A stretch of DNA of 64,000 nucleotides from Acutalibacteraceae bacterium (GTDB lineage: Bacteria; Bacillota; Clostridia; Oscillospirales; Acutalibacteraceae). The stretch covers positions 5,151 to 69,150 of the forward strand of contig JAZUIE010000012.1 of assembly GCA_045642125.1 (NCBI GenBank), read 5' to 3'. The number at the start of each line of letters is the position of its first letter. Positions within the stretch are counted from its first letter, which is position 1. Below the pieces are notes generated by a model. That model ran no database searches and was not told the origin of the DNA. It was given only the letters and a program-made list of their open reading frames with translations. This document shows positions 30,450-39,880 of this stretch, in pieces. A program made the position numbers and the translations under genes.

Positions 30450-32480
30450 ATGAAATATGTAACCAAAAGCGGTACCGAAAAAAAGGAAAAAACGGTGCTT
30501 TTTAGGGACAAAGGACTTAATCTTAAGGACACAAAAAGCCAAATTGCCGACAACGAGTTAAGCCTGTCAAAAAACATTATACTTAAAGACGGCGCCTTAA
30601 AAACGAGAAACGGTTTAAGGGCTGTTTTAAGCACGAAAATCGACACGGACGAATACGGGCAAATAGAAATGCCCTTTACCGTCACCGATGTTTATTATGA
30701 ACACGAGGGCGAAAAAAAGCGCATAGCATACGATGTGGTGGGTGACAGTAACACCTACCAAACACTAAGGGTTTACCTGATAAGCGACAGCCTTAACATA
30801 ATAAAAATCGGTGAGCTTCAAATAAACAGAGCGTCCTCAGAGCAGTTCCTTAAAATAAAGAGTCTTTTCTTTACGGTGGCAAGGGGACAAAAAAGCGGTA
30901 TATTCCTGTTTTTGCACCGCAAGAGCGAAGACGACCCGTCACTTGCCGACTTTTTTAGAATTTACGAGTACGATTTTGAAACGGAAGCATTTGACGGGGT
31001 GAACGAAGAAAACGCCTATGTTCCGGTAGTTTTACTAAACGGCAGAGGCACCCGTTTTGCCGAGGCGCTCAAACAGAATGCTGCCTACGATGCCGAGCCT
31101 AAATTCCCCGAAGACATAAACCTTTTGTTCGGCAAGTTTAAGGCGTATTTCAGTTCTGACGGATACTCGTCCGTCTTCAAGCTCCCCATAGCACCGCTTA
31201 AGACAGACAGTTATGTTTACTGCAGAGTTTATGCAAACGGAAGCGACTACTCGCAGTGGACGGTTTTGCCGGGGGAAAGCTCGGCGGTTGCGTCATATAA
31301 GGGTCAGGACATTACATTCTTTTGCAACCGAAGCTCGGGGTATGTAAGATTTTCTTCGTCAACCGGCGACTATGCGGTACCGAGAGTCTTCGATGTACAG
31401 GGCAACAACATTATAGTTACCGCCTTTAAGGCGGACGAGGGTACGAGAGAAGCGGTTTTGGGCTGTACTGCGACTGTTTCTTCGGGCAACAGTCTTTGCC
31501 TTTACGGAAACGAAGACACAAAAAACGAAATCTTCGGAATGACAACCGACAAGTACCTTTATTTCCCCGAAAGTATGAATGTAAAAATAGGTTTAGATTC
31601 AGAAAAGATAAACAGGGTAATAAAAAAGAGTGAAAGCTTTATGATTTTTAAGGAAAACAATGTTTACACTCTGCCCATAAAGAAAAGAAGCGAAATATCA
31701 AGGCTTTATACTCCGCTTGAGCGAAGCGAAGCGTTTTCAAAATACGAAAAATACGATTCCCCCGTCTTGTTTTCGGAAACGGGAAGCTTTAATAAAAACA
31801 CCTTTAATGTTTACGGTAACACCGCAGTGTTTCTGTCGAAGACAAAAAGTATATATAAGGCCGATAAGACATTAAGCGAAATATCCGAAAAGATTTCGCC
31901 CTTGCTCGAAAGCTATTCGGACGAAGAGCTTAAAGACGCATTCTTAATTTTAAGCAAAGACGAAAACGCATTTTTTATAAACAACACCGCCATAGCGTTT
32001 ATAAAACTTAAAAACGGCGAGTATGCGTTTTATGAACTTTCGTTCCCCGAAGATATGAATATAACAAGCGCCTTTTTAAGCGGGTGCGGTATAAGTCTTG
32101 TTGTTAAGGACTCTGACGGTATGTTCAGTTATGTTGCGGTCTTTGACGGAGAAAGCGATATGCTTTTAACCGAAGACGGCGAAAGATATGCCGATATACC
32201 GTTTGAAATTTCCTTAAAAAAGGAAGACTTTACACTGCCCTTTAACAAGAAAATTTTGGAAAAGGTCAGTCTTTCGCTCGGCGGAAAAGGAATTTTCACG
32301 GTGACGGTTTCTTCCGACAAAAAGATTTCCGTACAGCATATAAATCTTAAAAATTTCGACAGAGCGGTTGCCGAAATTCTGCCGTTTCTCGAAAGCGACA
32401 TAAGCTTTAATGTTTCGTTAAGCGGTAAAGCGCCGTTTTGGCTTTGTTCTGTTAAGTACGACTATAAAGTGTTAGGGTGA
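30450..32480 (+). CDS. Hypothetical phage structural protein (676 aa)
   Basis: Long ORF following the head genes. I recognise no motif. Confidence 0.5.
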   Translation: MKYVTKSGTEKKEKTVLFRDKGLNLKDTKSQIADNELSLSKNIILKDGALKTRNGLRAVLSTKIDTDEYGQIEMPFTVTDVYYEHEGEKKRIAYDVVGDSNTYQTLRVYLISDSLNIIKIGELQINRASSEQFLKIKSLFFTVARGQKSGIFLFLHRKSEDDPSLADFFRIYEYDFETEAFDGVNEENAYVPVVLLNGRGTRFAEALKQNAAYDAEPKFPEDINLLFGKFKAYFSSDGYSSVFKLPIAPLKTDSYVYCRVYANGSDYSQWTVLPGESSAVASYKGQDITFFCNRSSGYVRFSSSTGDYAVPRVFDVQGNNIIVTAFKADEGTREAVLGCTATVSSGNSLCLYGNEDTKNEIFGMTTDKYLYFPESMNVKIGLDSEKINRVIKKSESFMIFKENNVYTLPIKKRSEISRLYTPLERSEAFSKYEKYDSPVLFSETGSFNKNTFNVYGNTAVFLSKTKSIYKADKTLSEISEKISPLLESYSDEELKDAFLILSKDENAFFINNTAIAFIKLKNGEYAFYELSFPEDMNITSAFLSGCGISLVVKDSDGMFSYVAVFDGESDMLLTEDGERYADIPFEISLKKEDFTLPFNKKILEKVSLSLGGKGIFTVTVSSDKKISVQHINLKNFDRAVAEILPFLESDISFNVSLSGKAPFWLCSVKYDYKVLG

Positions 32481-32484
32481 TAAT

Positions 32485-33618
32485 TTGAAAAGGGTGCTTC
32501 TTATAACCTTTTGTTTTATTGTGTTTTTGTCGGGTTGCAAAAGCACCCCTAAAAAAGCCCAAACGAAAACCGAAAAGGATATTTATATAAAGGGTGTTTT
32601 CATAACGCAAAACGAAATAAAGCCGTATCTTGTTAAAAACACCAAAAAAAGCATAAAAGGTCTTGCAAACGAGCTTGACGGGTGCGGTATTACCGATGTT
32701 TTTCTCCAGACAAGAGCATACGGCGAAAGTCTTGCAAAAATAAAAAGCTTTCCGCAGTTAAGTTATGCAAAAAGCTTAAACTTCGATGTGCTTTCCTACA
32801 TAATAAAGACCTTTAAGGAGAAAAGCATTAGGACACATATCTGGATAAACCCGTTAAGGATAAAAACGGACGGCACCGATAAAAACGAGCTTAATAAAGA
32901 AAGTCCCGTATATAAAGTGTTAAGTAACTCCGACACAGAAGACGACAGTCTTGTTTGCTTTACCGAAAACGGAATTTATCTGAACCCCGCAAGTGACAAG
33001 GCGGTGGGGCTTATAACCGAAGAAGTAAGAGAAATAATAAACAAGTATAAACCTGCGGGAATAAGCTTTGACGATTACTTTTATCCGACAGCGGACGAAA
33101 GCTTCGATAGTGAGTCATACGGACTTTATAAGTCGTTATGCGAAAGTCCGCTTTCGCTTTCGGAGTGGCGCATAGCCAACATAAACTCCCTTATTTCTTC
33201 GGTTTATACGGCGGTTAAGTTTTGCGATAAGGACACCCTTTTTACGGTAAGTCCCGCCGCTTCGGCTAAGCGGAGTAAAGAAGAACTGTTTGCCGATGTT
33301 TACACTTGGTGTAAAAACGGGTGCATAGACATAATAATTCCGCAGCTGTATTTCGGGTTTAATTATCCCGACAAAAACTACTCCTTTTTGTCGCTTTTGT
33401 CCTTTTGGGATAACTTATCAAAGGAAACGGACACAAAAACCGCTTCGGCTCTTGCGACCTACAAAATAGGCACCGACTCTCCGCCCGACAAGGAAGAATG
33501 GGCGGACGGAAAGAGTGTTATAAAAAAGGAAACGGACTGTATAAGAAAAGACAAAACGCAAAGCGGATATGTATATTTTTCTTTAACATCCTTTAGAAAA
33601 TACAAAAATCTCTCTTGA
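32485..33618 (+). CDS. Lipoprotein, glycoside-hydrolase-like (GHL10/YngK-like)
   Basis: TTG start, with lipobox FLSGC in MKRVLLITFCFIVFLSGCKS. The TIM-barrel-like pattern is recalled from the GHL10 family, and this assignment is weak. Confidence 0.5.
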   Translation: MKRVLLITFCFIVFLSGCKSTPKKAQTKTEKDIYIKGVFITQNEIKPYLVKNTKKSIKGLANELDGCGITDVFLQTRAYGESLAKIKSFPQLSYAKSLNFDVLSYIIKTFKEKSIRTHIWINPLRIKTDGTDKNELNKESPVYKVLSNSDTEDDSLVCFTENGIYLNPASDKAVGLITEEVREIINKYKPAGISFDDYFYPTADESFDSESYGLYKSLCESPLSLSEWRIANINSLISSVYTAVKFCDKDTLFTVSPAASAKRSKEELFADVYTWCKNGCIDIIIPQLYFGFNYPDKNYSFLSLLSFWDNLSKETDTKTASALATYKIGTDSPPDKEEWADGKSVIKKETDCIRKDKTQSGYVYFSLTSFRKYKNLS

Positions 33619-33642
33619 AACTATCTTCAAGAGAGATTTATT
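33607..33642. terminator. Bidirectional terminator
   Basis: AATCTCTCTTGAA-ACTATC-TTCAAGAGAGATT overlaps the stop codon at 33616-33618. Confidence 0.6.
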
Positions 33643-33646
33643 GATA

Positions 33647-33988
33647 TTAAAGTCCGAAGCTTACGGACAGAGCCTTATCCACCATATTCATAGAAAGGTT
33701 GTCAAGACTGCCCATTTTTTCTTTAAGCCGTCTTTTGTCTATGGTTCGCACCTGCTCTAAAAGAACTACGGAGTCTTTTTGGAGTCCGCAGCCGTTTGCG
33801 TCAACCTTAATATGCGTAGGGAGATTTGTTTTGTCTTGCTGACTTGTTATCGCCGCCGCTATTACCGTAGGGCTGTACTTGTTGCCGACATTGTTCTGTA
33901 TTATAAGAACGGGTCTTACTCCGCCCTGCTCGGAACCGACAACGGGACTTAAATCAGCGTAATATATTTCTCCTCGTTTTATATTCAT
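33647..33988 (-). CDS. mazF: MazF/PemK-family endoribonuclease toxin
   Basis: 113-aa [53 protein letters not shown]..., closely resembling EndoA/MazF. Confidence 0.88.
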   Translation of the reverse strand: MNIKRGEIYYADLSPVVGSEQGGVRPVLIIQNNVGNKYSPTVIAAAITSQQDKTNLPTHIKVDANGCGLQKDSVVLLEQVRTIDKRRLKEKMGSLDNLSMNMVDKALSVSFGL

Positions 33989-34115
33989 TTCGATTTCACA
34001 CTCCGAAAAACGTCTAAAAGTATTTTTGCCATAAAAGTCTTTTTTTAATCAGACTTTTAATAATTCCTTCAATATTATTTTATTCAAGAGTGTGATAAGG
34101 GTGAATTTATCGGGC

Positions 34116-35039
34116 TTATATAAAACGGGTTGTTATTTGTTTTTTGGCGCACTCGGGCGAATAATTAAACTCGTCAATGCGGTCGCCGTCATAAAAATAG
34201 GAGAATTTTTTGTCGTTTGTTTCGTCAAAGCTGTCTATAATAATAAGCTTTATTTTCATTTTGTCTTTTATAATGCTTTTTATGTAAACACTTGCCGTCT
34301 GTCCCACCTTAACATCTTCCTTAGGCTCGGCAAGTCCCGCAAGATTAGGCGCCAGTTCCACAAATATGCCGTAGCTTTCGACACTTCTCACAATTCCCGA
34401 CACCGTTTCGCCCTCCGAGAACTTTTCGGCGTTTTCTTCCCAAGTTCCCAAAAGCTCTTTAAGGGAAAGAGTAATTCTTCCGTTTTCGTCACGGGACTTT
34501 ACCACCGCCTTTATGTTTTGTCCTACGAAAAAGCGGTCGGACGGGTGGCGTATTCTCGATACCGAAATAGAGTCGATAGGCAATAGCGCTATGTTTCCGC
34601 AACCTATGTCGCAAAAGGCTCCGAACGGCTCAAGACGGGTGATTTTTGCGCTTATAATATCGCCCGGATACAAAAGATTTAATTTGTTGTTAAGGCATAA
34701 AAGCTGTGCCTTTTTTCTCGACAAAACGGCATACGGCACTCCGTTTTCGTTCTCTTTTATTTCTTCTACCGTAAAGCAGACGGGCCGTCCGACTCTCGAA
34801 ATAAGAGCAATATCTCTCGTTTGTCCTTCGCTTATTCCGACAGCGCCGTCTTCTCTTTTGATTATGCCCTTAACGGCACCTAAATTAACCGTCATATTCT
34901 TGTTTTGGTCGCACATAATTACGGGGCTCTCCAAAATAACGCCGTTTTCCTTAGCCGTAATAAGATTTTTGAGCGACTGCTTGTAAAAGCGGTTTTGCGG
35001 GTCGTCTTTAAGCCATCCTTCGGGATAATATTCGTTCAT
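34116..35039 (-). CDS. S1 RNA-binding-domain protein
   Basis: 307-aa ORF with two S1-like segments (GDIISAKITRLEPFGAFCDIG; GETVSGIVRSVESYGIFVELA). Confidence 0.75.
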   Translation of the reverse strand: MNEYYPEGWLKDDPQNRFYKQSLKNLITAKENGVILESPVIMCDQNKNMTVNLGAVKGIIKREDGAVGISEGQTRDIALISRVGRPVCFTVEEIKENENGVPYAVLSRKKAQLLCLNNKLNLLYPGDIISAKITRLEPFGAFCDIGCGNIALLPIDSISVSRIRHPSDRFFVGQNIKAVVKSRDENGRITLSLKELLGTWEENAEKFSEGETVSGIVRSVESYGIFVELAPNLAGLAEPKEDVKVGQTASVYIKSIIKDKMKIKLIIIDSFDETNDKKFSYFYDGDRIDEFNYSPECAKKQITTRFI

Positions 35040-35110
35040 ATTTTTGTCTTTCCTTTCGTTTCTTTAATTTTATCCGCATTAAAGTTTATGTTAAAAAGAA
35101 AGAAAGAAGA

Positions 35111-35143
35111 ACAAAAAAACGGCCGACCGCAGGGGTCAGCCGT
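35111..35143 (-). terminator. Rho-independent terminator
   Basis: On the minus strand ACGGCTGACC-CCTGC-GGTCGGCCGT is followed by TTTTTTT. Confidence 0.6.
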
Positions 35144-35165
35144 ATAAATTTTTGAAAATTTAATA

Positions 35166-35846
35166 TTATTTTATTTCGATATCGTAGGTTTTAAGCGTTA
35201 CCTTAACAAAAGATTCGTTAAGATTTGCAAAATTAGAGTCGCTTAAAATATGAATTTTATAAGTGCCCGTCTTAATTCCCGCTTTGGGCTTTAATACGAG
35301 ATTTGCAAGTGTGCCCGTCTTCGTAACATCGACAGAACCCGCCTTAAGTTCGCTTGTTATAAGCGAATACAAAATACCGTCTTTAAGATTTGAAGAACAG
35401 TTTTCGCAAATATCGCCGTTTTTAAGGGCGACAAGGTCGAAAGCGTCCGTATCGTATCTTAAAATAAGGTTTGAAGCATAAAAGCCGGGATTTTTTGTAA
35501 TTTTAATCGGAACGGTAATTTCCTTATCGGAGGAAGACGCAATTATTTTATCTTCTTCCTTTTTAATTTCGGGAGCGATAGGCTCTTTAACTATCGGAGT
35601 CGAGGTAGAAGCGCCGCCGCCCTTTTTGTTGCCTGATTCGGTTTTTTCCGATTCGGTTTTGTTTAGGGCAGAGTCGTTTTCTTCTTTTTCGTTTTCTCCC
35701 TTTTCGCTGCCGCTTACTGTATCGGAAGTATAACTTTCGTTCTTTTCGGGGACATTCTTTTTACCGCTTAAAATAACGGCAACGGTTGCGAGAAGCACAA
35801 CGAGTATCGCAATAATAATGAGAGTTACAGTCGTCTTTTTGTTCAT
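35166..35846 (-). CDS. Membrane-anchored protein with cohesin-like C-terminal domain
   Basis: N-terminal TM, a low-complexity Glu/Lys/Ser linker, and a C-terminal ~130 aa (ITVPIKITKNPGFYASNLILRYDTDAFDLV...) resembling type-I cohesin modules. Confidence 0.45.
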   Translation of the reverse strand: MNKKTTVTLIIIAILVVLLATVAVILSGKKNVPEKNESYTSDTVSGSEKGENEKEENDSALNKTESEKTESGNKKGGGASTSTPIVKEPIAPEIKKEEDKIIASSSDKEITVPIKITKNPGFYASNLILRYDTDAFDLVALKNGDICENCSSNLKDGILYSLITSELKAGSVDVTKTGTLANLVLKPKAGIKTGTYKIHILSDSNFANLNESFVKVTLKTYDIEIK

Positions 35847-35862
35847 AACAAAAACCCCTTAA

Positions 35863-36741
35863 TTAAAATTTATATTCGCCGTTGTCTATTTTTTGTGTCA
35901 ACGCCTTTGAAACATCGTCTTTATCTTCCTTATAGGTAACGCCGTACCACTTGTCCTCCGCTACCAAAACCTTAACGGCTTTCTTGTTTTCTTCTATAAG
36001 CGAAGAAACAACACTCGGCAAATAGCACTCTTTTTTAGGCTCGTTTATATTATCCTTAAGGAAAGATACAAAACAGTCTTCGGTAAAGTTAAAGATGTCG
36101 GGAGTAAAGCCCCACATATTCATTGAAACAACAGTGTCTTCTTTAAGCGGTATCCAGCTTTCCCCGCCGTCAGGAGAGTATTTGCAGTCTTTAATGTCGG
36201 TGCGCTCGGTTATCGACCTTAAAACACCGTCTTCTATATCGCAGACACCCCTTGAAACGGTACCGTTGTCGGTAAGGGTGTTGGCAAGACGGAAGCCTAC
36301 CATACAGTAATCTTCCGAGCCGAGCTTTAAGAAATCGTAAAGCTTCTTATAAGCGCCTTTTCCGTAATAGTCGTCCGCATTTATTACCGCAAACGGAGTC
36401 TTAACGGTATTTTTACAGCAAAGTATCGCATGTGCCGTACCCCAAGGCTTAATTCTTGTATCGGGGCAGGTAAAACCGCAGGGTAATTTATCCGTTTCCT
36501 GATAAACATAATCGACATCTATTATCTTTTCGATTCTCTTGCCGACCGTTTCCTTAAACTCTTTTTCTATTGCGTGTTTAATAATGAAAACAACCTTATT
36601 AAAACCAGCCTCTTTTGCGTCATAAACCGAAAAGTCAAGAAGAGCCTCGCCGTTTTTGCCTATCGGCTCAATTTGTTTAAGTCCGCCGAAGCGGCTGCCC
36701 ATTCCTGCCGCAAGGACAACAAGTGTCGCATCAAATGCCAT
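35863..36741 (-). CDS. Sugar-phosphate nucleotidyltransferase
   Basis: LVVLAAGMGSRFGG glycine-rich loop. I prefer the ATG at 36739-36741 (MAFDATLVVLAAG...), which overlaps the upstream gene by 11 nt. Confidence 0.75.
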   Translation of the reverse strand: MAFDATLVVLAAGMGSRFGGLKQIEPIGKNGEALLDFSVYDAKEAGFNKVVFIIKHAIEKEFKETVGKRIEKIIDVDYVYQETDKLPCGFTCPDTRIKPWGTAHAILCCKNTVKTPFAVINADDYYGKGAYKKLYDFLKLGSEDYCMVGFRLANTLTDNGTVSRGVCDIEDGVLRSITERTDIKDCKYSPDGGESWIPLKEDTVVSMNMWGFTPDIFNFTEDCFVSFLKDNINEPKKECYLPSVVSSLIEENKKAVKVLVAEDKWYGVTYKEDKDDVSKALTQKIDNGEYKF

Positions 36742-38125
36742 TATTTTCACCGTCTTTCGAAATTTTAACGTTGGGTTTTTTGGCGTTTTTGTTTGCGCTC
36801 TTGTCAAACCCTTCGGTACTTTCTTTCATAAACAAAATCTTAAAGGTCAAAATTATAAGCTTTAAGTCTTTAAGAAGCGAATAAGTTTCTATATAGGTCA
36901 GGTCCATATTAAGCTTGTCCTCAGGAGAAGTGTTATACTTTCCGTACAACTGCGCATATCCCGTAAGACCCGCTTTAACACGGTGCCTTAACTCAAACTC
37001 GGGATAGGCCTCCGTGTATTCGTAAACATTTTCTATTCTTTCGGGTCTGGGTCCCACAACCGACATATCGCCGAGCAGAATATTGAAAAGCTGCGGCAGT
37101 TCGTCAACTCTACAAGCTCTTATCACCTTGCCTACGGGGGTAATGCGGTCGTCACCGTTCTCCGCTTTTTTGGCGCCGTCCTTGTCGGCATCGGGTATCA
37201 TTGAGCGGAATTTCAGAATATTAAATATCTTGCCGTTTACGGTTATCCTGTTTTGCTTAAAGAAAACGGGACCGCCGTCACACAGCTTTATTGCGATAGC
37301 CGTAACAAGCATAATGGGTGATGTTATAATTATACCGAGTCCCGAAAGGACAACATCGAAAACACGCTTTATTGCCGCCTGTTCGGTGGTAAGACCACGG
37401 TTGCGGCTCATAATAACGGGCGTATCGCCTATTTGTATTTCGTAACCGTTATTTATAATAATATCCGTTATATCGGGCAAAAGATACGTTCTTTTTTGCC
37501 GTTTATAACAATAGGAAATAATTTCCTTTTGAAGCTCTTTGTCGATGTTGCAAATTGCAACGGCATCGTTTTTGTCTATCTGGCGCTTTATATCGTCAAG
37601 CGAAGAATGCATTGCATTAAGACCGCAGGTTATTCTGAACCGCTCTTTTATCGAGCTCATTTTGGTTATAAGGTTAAAGCCCTCGGCTTCGTCACTGAAA
37701 ACGGCGACAATTTTTCTTGCCGCATAAAGCTTAAAGTATATAAAGTTCGCACTGCAAGAGCATAGGAAAATAATTAAAAACTGAATTAAAAGGCATAAAA
37801 ACATCGGCGACAGTGCGACAAGCTGACGGGCTATAAGGCTCAGTTCAAGATACATAACTGCGTCCGCAAAAAGCGCCGCCAAAGTAAAACTGTAAATGAT
37901 TTCGTGTATTCGGGATATTCCGATATTAAATGCGCCGTAAAGTGAAGAAAACGCAACGAAAATCAAAAGGAAAGAGAAGATAACAACATAGTTACCTCTG
38001 TTACTGAACAAAGTTTCAACATAGTTTTCGTTCCATATTTCGATAAAACAGGCGGCACATGCGAAAACGGTTAAGAGCTTTACTGAGAACATAACCGATT
38101 TTCTTAATTTTATAAGAAATTTCAT
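36731..38125 (-). CDS. Polyprenyl-phosphate glycosyl-1-phosphate transferase (bacterial sugar transferase)
   Basis: N-terminal TM block plus the C-terminal sugar-transferase domain (KRVFDVVLSGLGIIITSPIML..., DELPQLFNILLGDMSVVGPRPE). I prefer the ATG at 38123-38125. Confidence 0.85.
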   Translation of the reverse strand: MKFLIKLRKSVMFSVKLLTVFACAACFIEIWNENYVETLFSNRGNYVVIFSFLLIFVAFSSLYGAFNIGISRIHEIIYSFTLAALFADAVMYLELSLIARQLVALSPMFLCLLIQFLIIFLCSCSANFIYFKLYAARKIVAVFSDEAEGFNLITKMSSIKERFRITCGLNAMHSSLDDIKRQIDKNDAVAICNIDKELQKEIISYCYKRQKRTYLLPDITDIIINNGYEIQIGDTPVIMSRNRGLTTEQAAIKRVFDVVLSGLGIIITSPIMLVTAIAIKLCDGGPVFFKQNRITVNGKIFNILKFRSMIPDADKDGAKKAENGDDRITPVGKVIRACRVDELPQLFNILLGDMSVVGPRPERIENVYEYTEAYPEFELRHRVKAGLTGYAQLYGKYNTSPEDKLNMDLTYIETYSLLKDLKLIILTFKILFMKESTEGFDKSANKNAKKPNVKISKDGENNGI

Positions 38126-38230
38126 AAAGGCCAAAACCTCACAGAAAACGGTAATTAAAAGTAGACTTTCACAAGTACAGTATATATGTATTGTGACAAA
38201 AAAGCAAGAATTATTTAACCGAAACGGCAC

Positions 38231-38260
38231 AAAAAAGACGGAGTAATCACTCCGTCTTCA
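38231..38260 (-). terminator. Rho-independent terminator
   Basis: On the minus strand GACGGAGT-GATT-ACTCCGTC is followed by TTTTTT. Confidence 0.6.
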
Positions 38261-38269
38261 AAATTAAAT

Positions 38270-38626
38270 TTATTCGGCATCGCCTGAGGCTATTATGCTT
38301 ACACCCGTATCGCAAACATTTTCAATTAAAACATCGCCACGGTGAACGGGGGCTTTAAGATTTAATTTTCTTATTTCTTCCATACACGAAAAAAGCTTGT
38401 CCTTAGGAACGGGAGCTTTGCTTCTTACGGCAATAAGCGGACTTTTTGTCCCCGTTATTTTTGCGGTTGATGTTAAAATGCGAACGGGCGAAATAAACTC
38501 GTTTTCGGCATAGGTCTTGCCTCTCTTGCACGAAAAGCCCTCAATTTTTGTTATTTCTTTGCCCTCGCCCTCAACACAAATGGTGCAACCCGTAGGGCAA
38601 ACGGTACAGATAATATCCTTTTTCAT
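38270..38626 (-). CDS. DUF1667-domain protein
   Basis: 118-aa ORF with CTVCPTGCTICVEG, downstream of two FAD oxidoreductases as in the usual three-gene arrangement. Confidence 0.7.
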   Translation of the reverse strand: MKKDIICTVCPTGCTICVEGEGKEITKIEGFSCKRGKTYAENEFISPVRILTSTAKITGTKSPLIAVRSKAPVPKDKLFSCMEEIRKLNLKAPVHRGDVLIENVCDTGVSIIASGDAE

Positions 38627-38627
38627 A

Positions 38628-39869
38628 TTACTTTACCTCCGTAACACTGACGGTTATTGACGAAACACCGTTCATTTTTATTGTAGCCTTTTCCATTTCG
38701 CCGGGGTTAACCTTTATTGAAGGCTTCTTAAACAAAACCTTATCGCCGTCACAAACGGTGATTTTTACCTTTTTCTGCGGTTTTGCAACACGGAAATAAA
38801 GGTTAACATCGCCCGAGCACGGAACTACCCTTTGCGGACAGACATAACGGACATTTTCGCCCAAAGTAACCTCTATCGCTTTTTCGTCTTTTAACTTGCC
38901 TAAAGCGTAAAGGGCGGCAGACTCACCCGCTTTTGCCGACTCTGCCGAAACATTATCGACAAGGTCGTTAACATGAACAACATTGCCACAGGCAAAAATG
39001 CTTTTTATTGAGGTCTGCATATACTGGTTAACCGTAGGACCTTTGGTAATCGGGTTAAGTAAAACACCCGCCTTGTCCGAAAGCTCGTTTTCGGGAATAA
39101 GACCTACGCTTAAAAGAAGTGTATCGCACTCGATTTCCTGCTCGGTACCGCTAATCGGCTTTTTGTTTTCGTCAACCTTTGCTATAACTACACTTTCTAC
39201 TCGGTCGTTACCCTTAATGTCTACTACCGTATGCGAAAGCAAAAGCGGAATACCGAAGTCGTCAAGACACTGAACACGGTTTCTCGTAAGACCTGCCAAA
39301 AAGTCCATAAGCTCGACAACCGCCTTAACCTCGGCGCCCTCAAGGGTCATACGCCGTGCCATAATCATACCGATATCGCCCGAGCCTAATATAACAACCT
39401 TTTTGCCGACCATTTCGTTTTGGCGGTTCATAAGTCGCTGTGCCGTTCCGGCGGTATAAACACCGGCAGGGCGGGTGCCCGGAATTAAAATATTTGCTCT
39501 TGTTCTTTCTCTGCAACCCATTGCAAGAATAATGGCTTTGGCATTAACAGAACAAGCGCCGTGTTCTTTGTTTATTAAGAAAACACTGTTTTCTTTAACT
39601 TCGAGGACCATACTGTTAAGAAGAGTTTTAACGCCGCACTCTTTGGCTCTGTCGGCAAATCTTCCGAAATATTCGGGGCCCGTCAACTCTTCGCCGAACA
39701 GCTTAAGACCGAAGCCGGGGTGTATACACTGCTGTAAAATACCGCCTACGGCTTCGTCACGCTCAACAATTAAAACATCTTTTGCGCCGCTGTTTTTAGC
39801 GGCAACGGCTGCGGAAAGTCCCGCAGGACCGCCGCCTACCACGCAAACATCACAACTAATATTATACAT
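38628..39869 (-). CDS. FAD/NAD(P)-dependent oxidoreductase
   Basis: CVVGGGPAGLSAA and VVILGSGDIGMIMA dinucleotide-binding motifs. Confidence 0.8.
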   Translation of the reverse strand: MYNISCDVCVVGGGPAGLSAAVAAKNSGAKDVLIVERDEAVGGILQQCIHPGFGLKLFGEELTGPEYFGRFADRAKECGVKTLLNSMVLEVKENSVFLINKEHGACSVNAKAIILAMGCRERTRANILIPGTRPAGVYTAGTAQRLMNRQNEMVGKKVVILGSGDIGMIMARRMTLEGAEVKAVVELMDFLAGLTRNRVQCLDDFGIPLLLSHTVVDIKGNDRVESVVIAKVDENKKPISGTEQEIECDTLLLSVGLIPENELSDKAGVLLNPITKGPTVNQYMQTSIKSIFACGNVVHVNDLVDNVSAESAKAGESAALYALGKLKDEKAIEVTLGENVRYVCPQRVVPCSGDVNLYFRVAKPQKKVKITVCDGDKVLFKKPSIKVNPGEMEKATIKMNGVSSITVSVTEVK

Positions 39870-39880
39870 AAGTAATACCC

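Noticed and set aside
33985-34032. The 15-codon ORF overlapping the mazF start, as a mini-antitoxin.
   Set aside because: It has no Shine-Dalgarno sequence, begins inside a terminator hairpin, and is far shorter than any MazE. It is kept only as a note within the orphan-mazF finding.
36742-38230. Extended N-termini of the nucleotidyltransferase (to 36807) and the sugar transferase (to 38230) as given in the ORF track.
   Set aside because: The extensions overlap the upstream gene or terminator and lack RBSs. The internal ATGs give canonical N-termini (MAFDATLVVLAAG...; MKFLIKLRK...).
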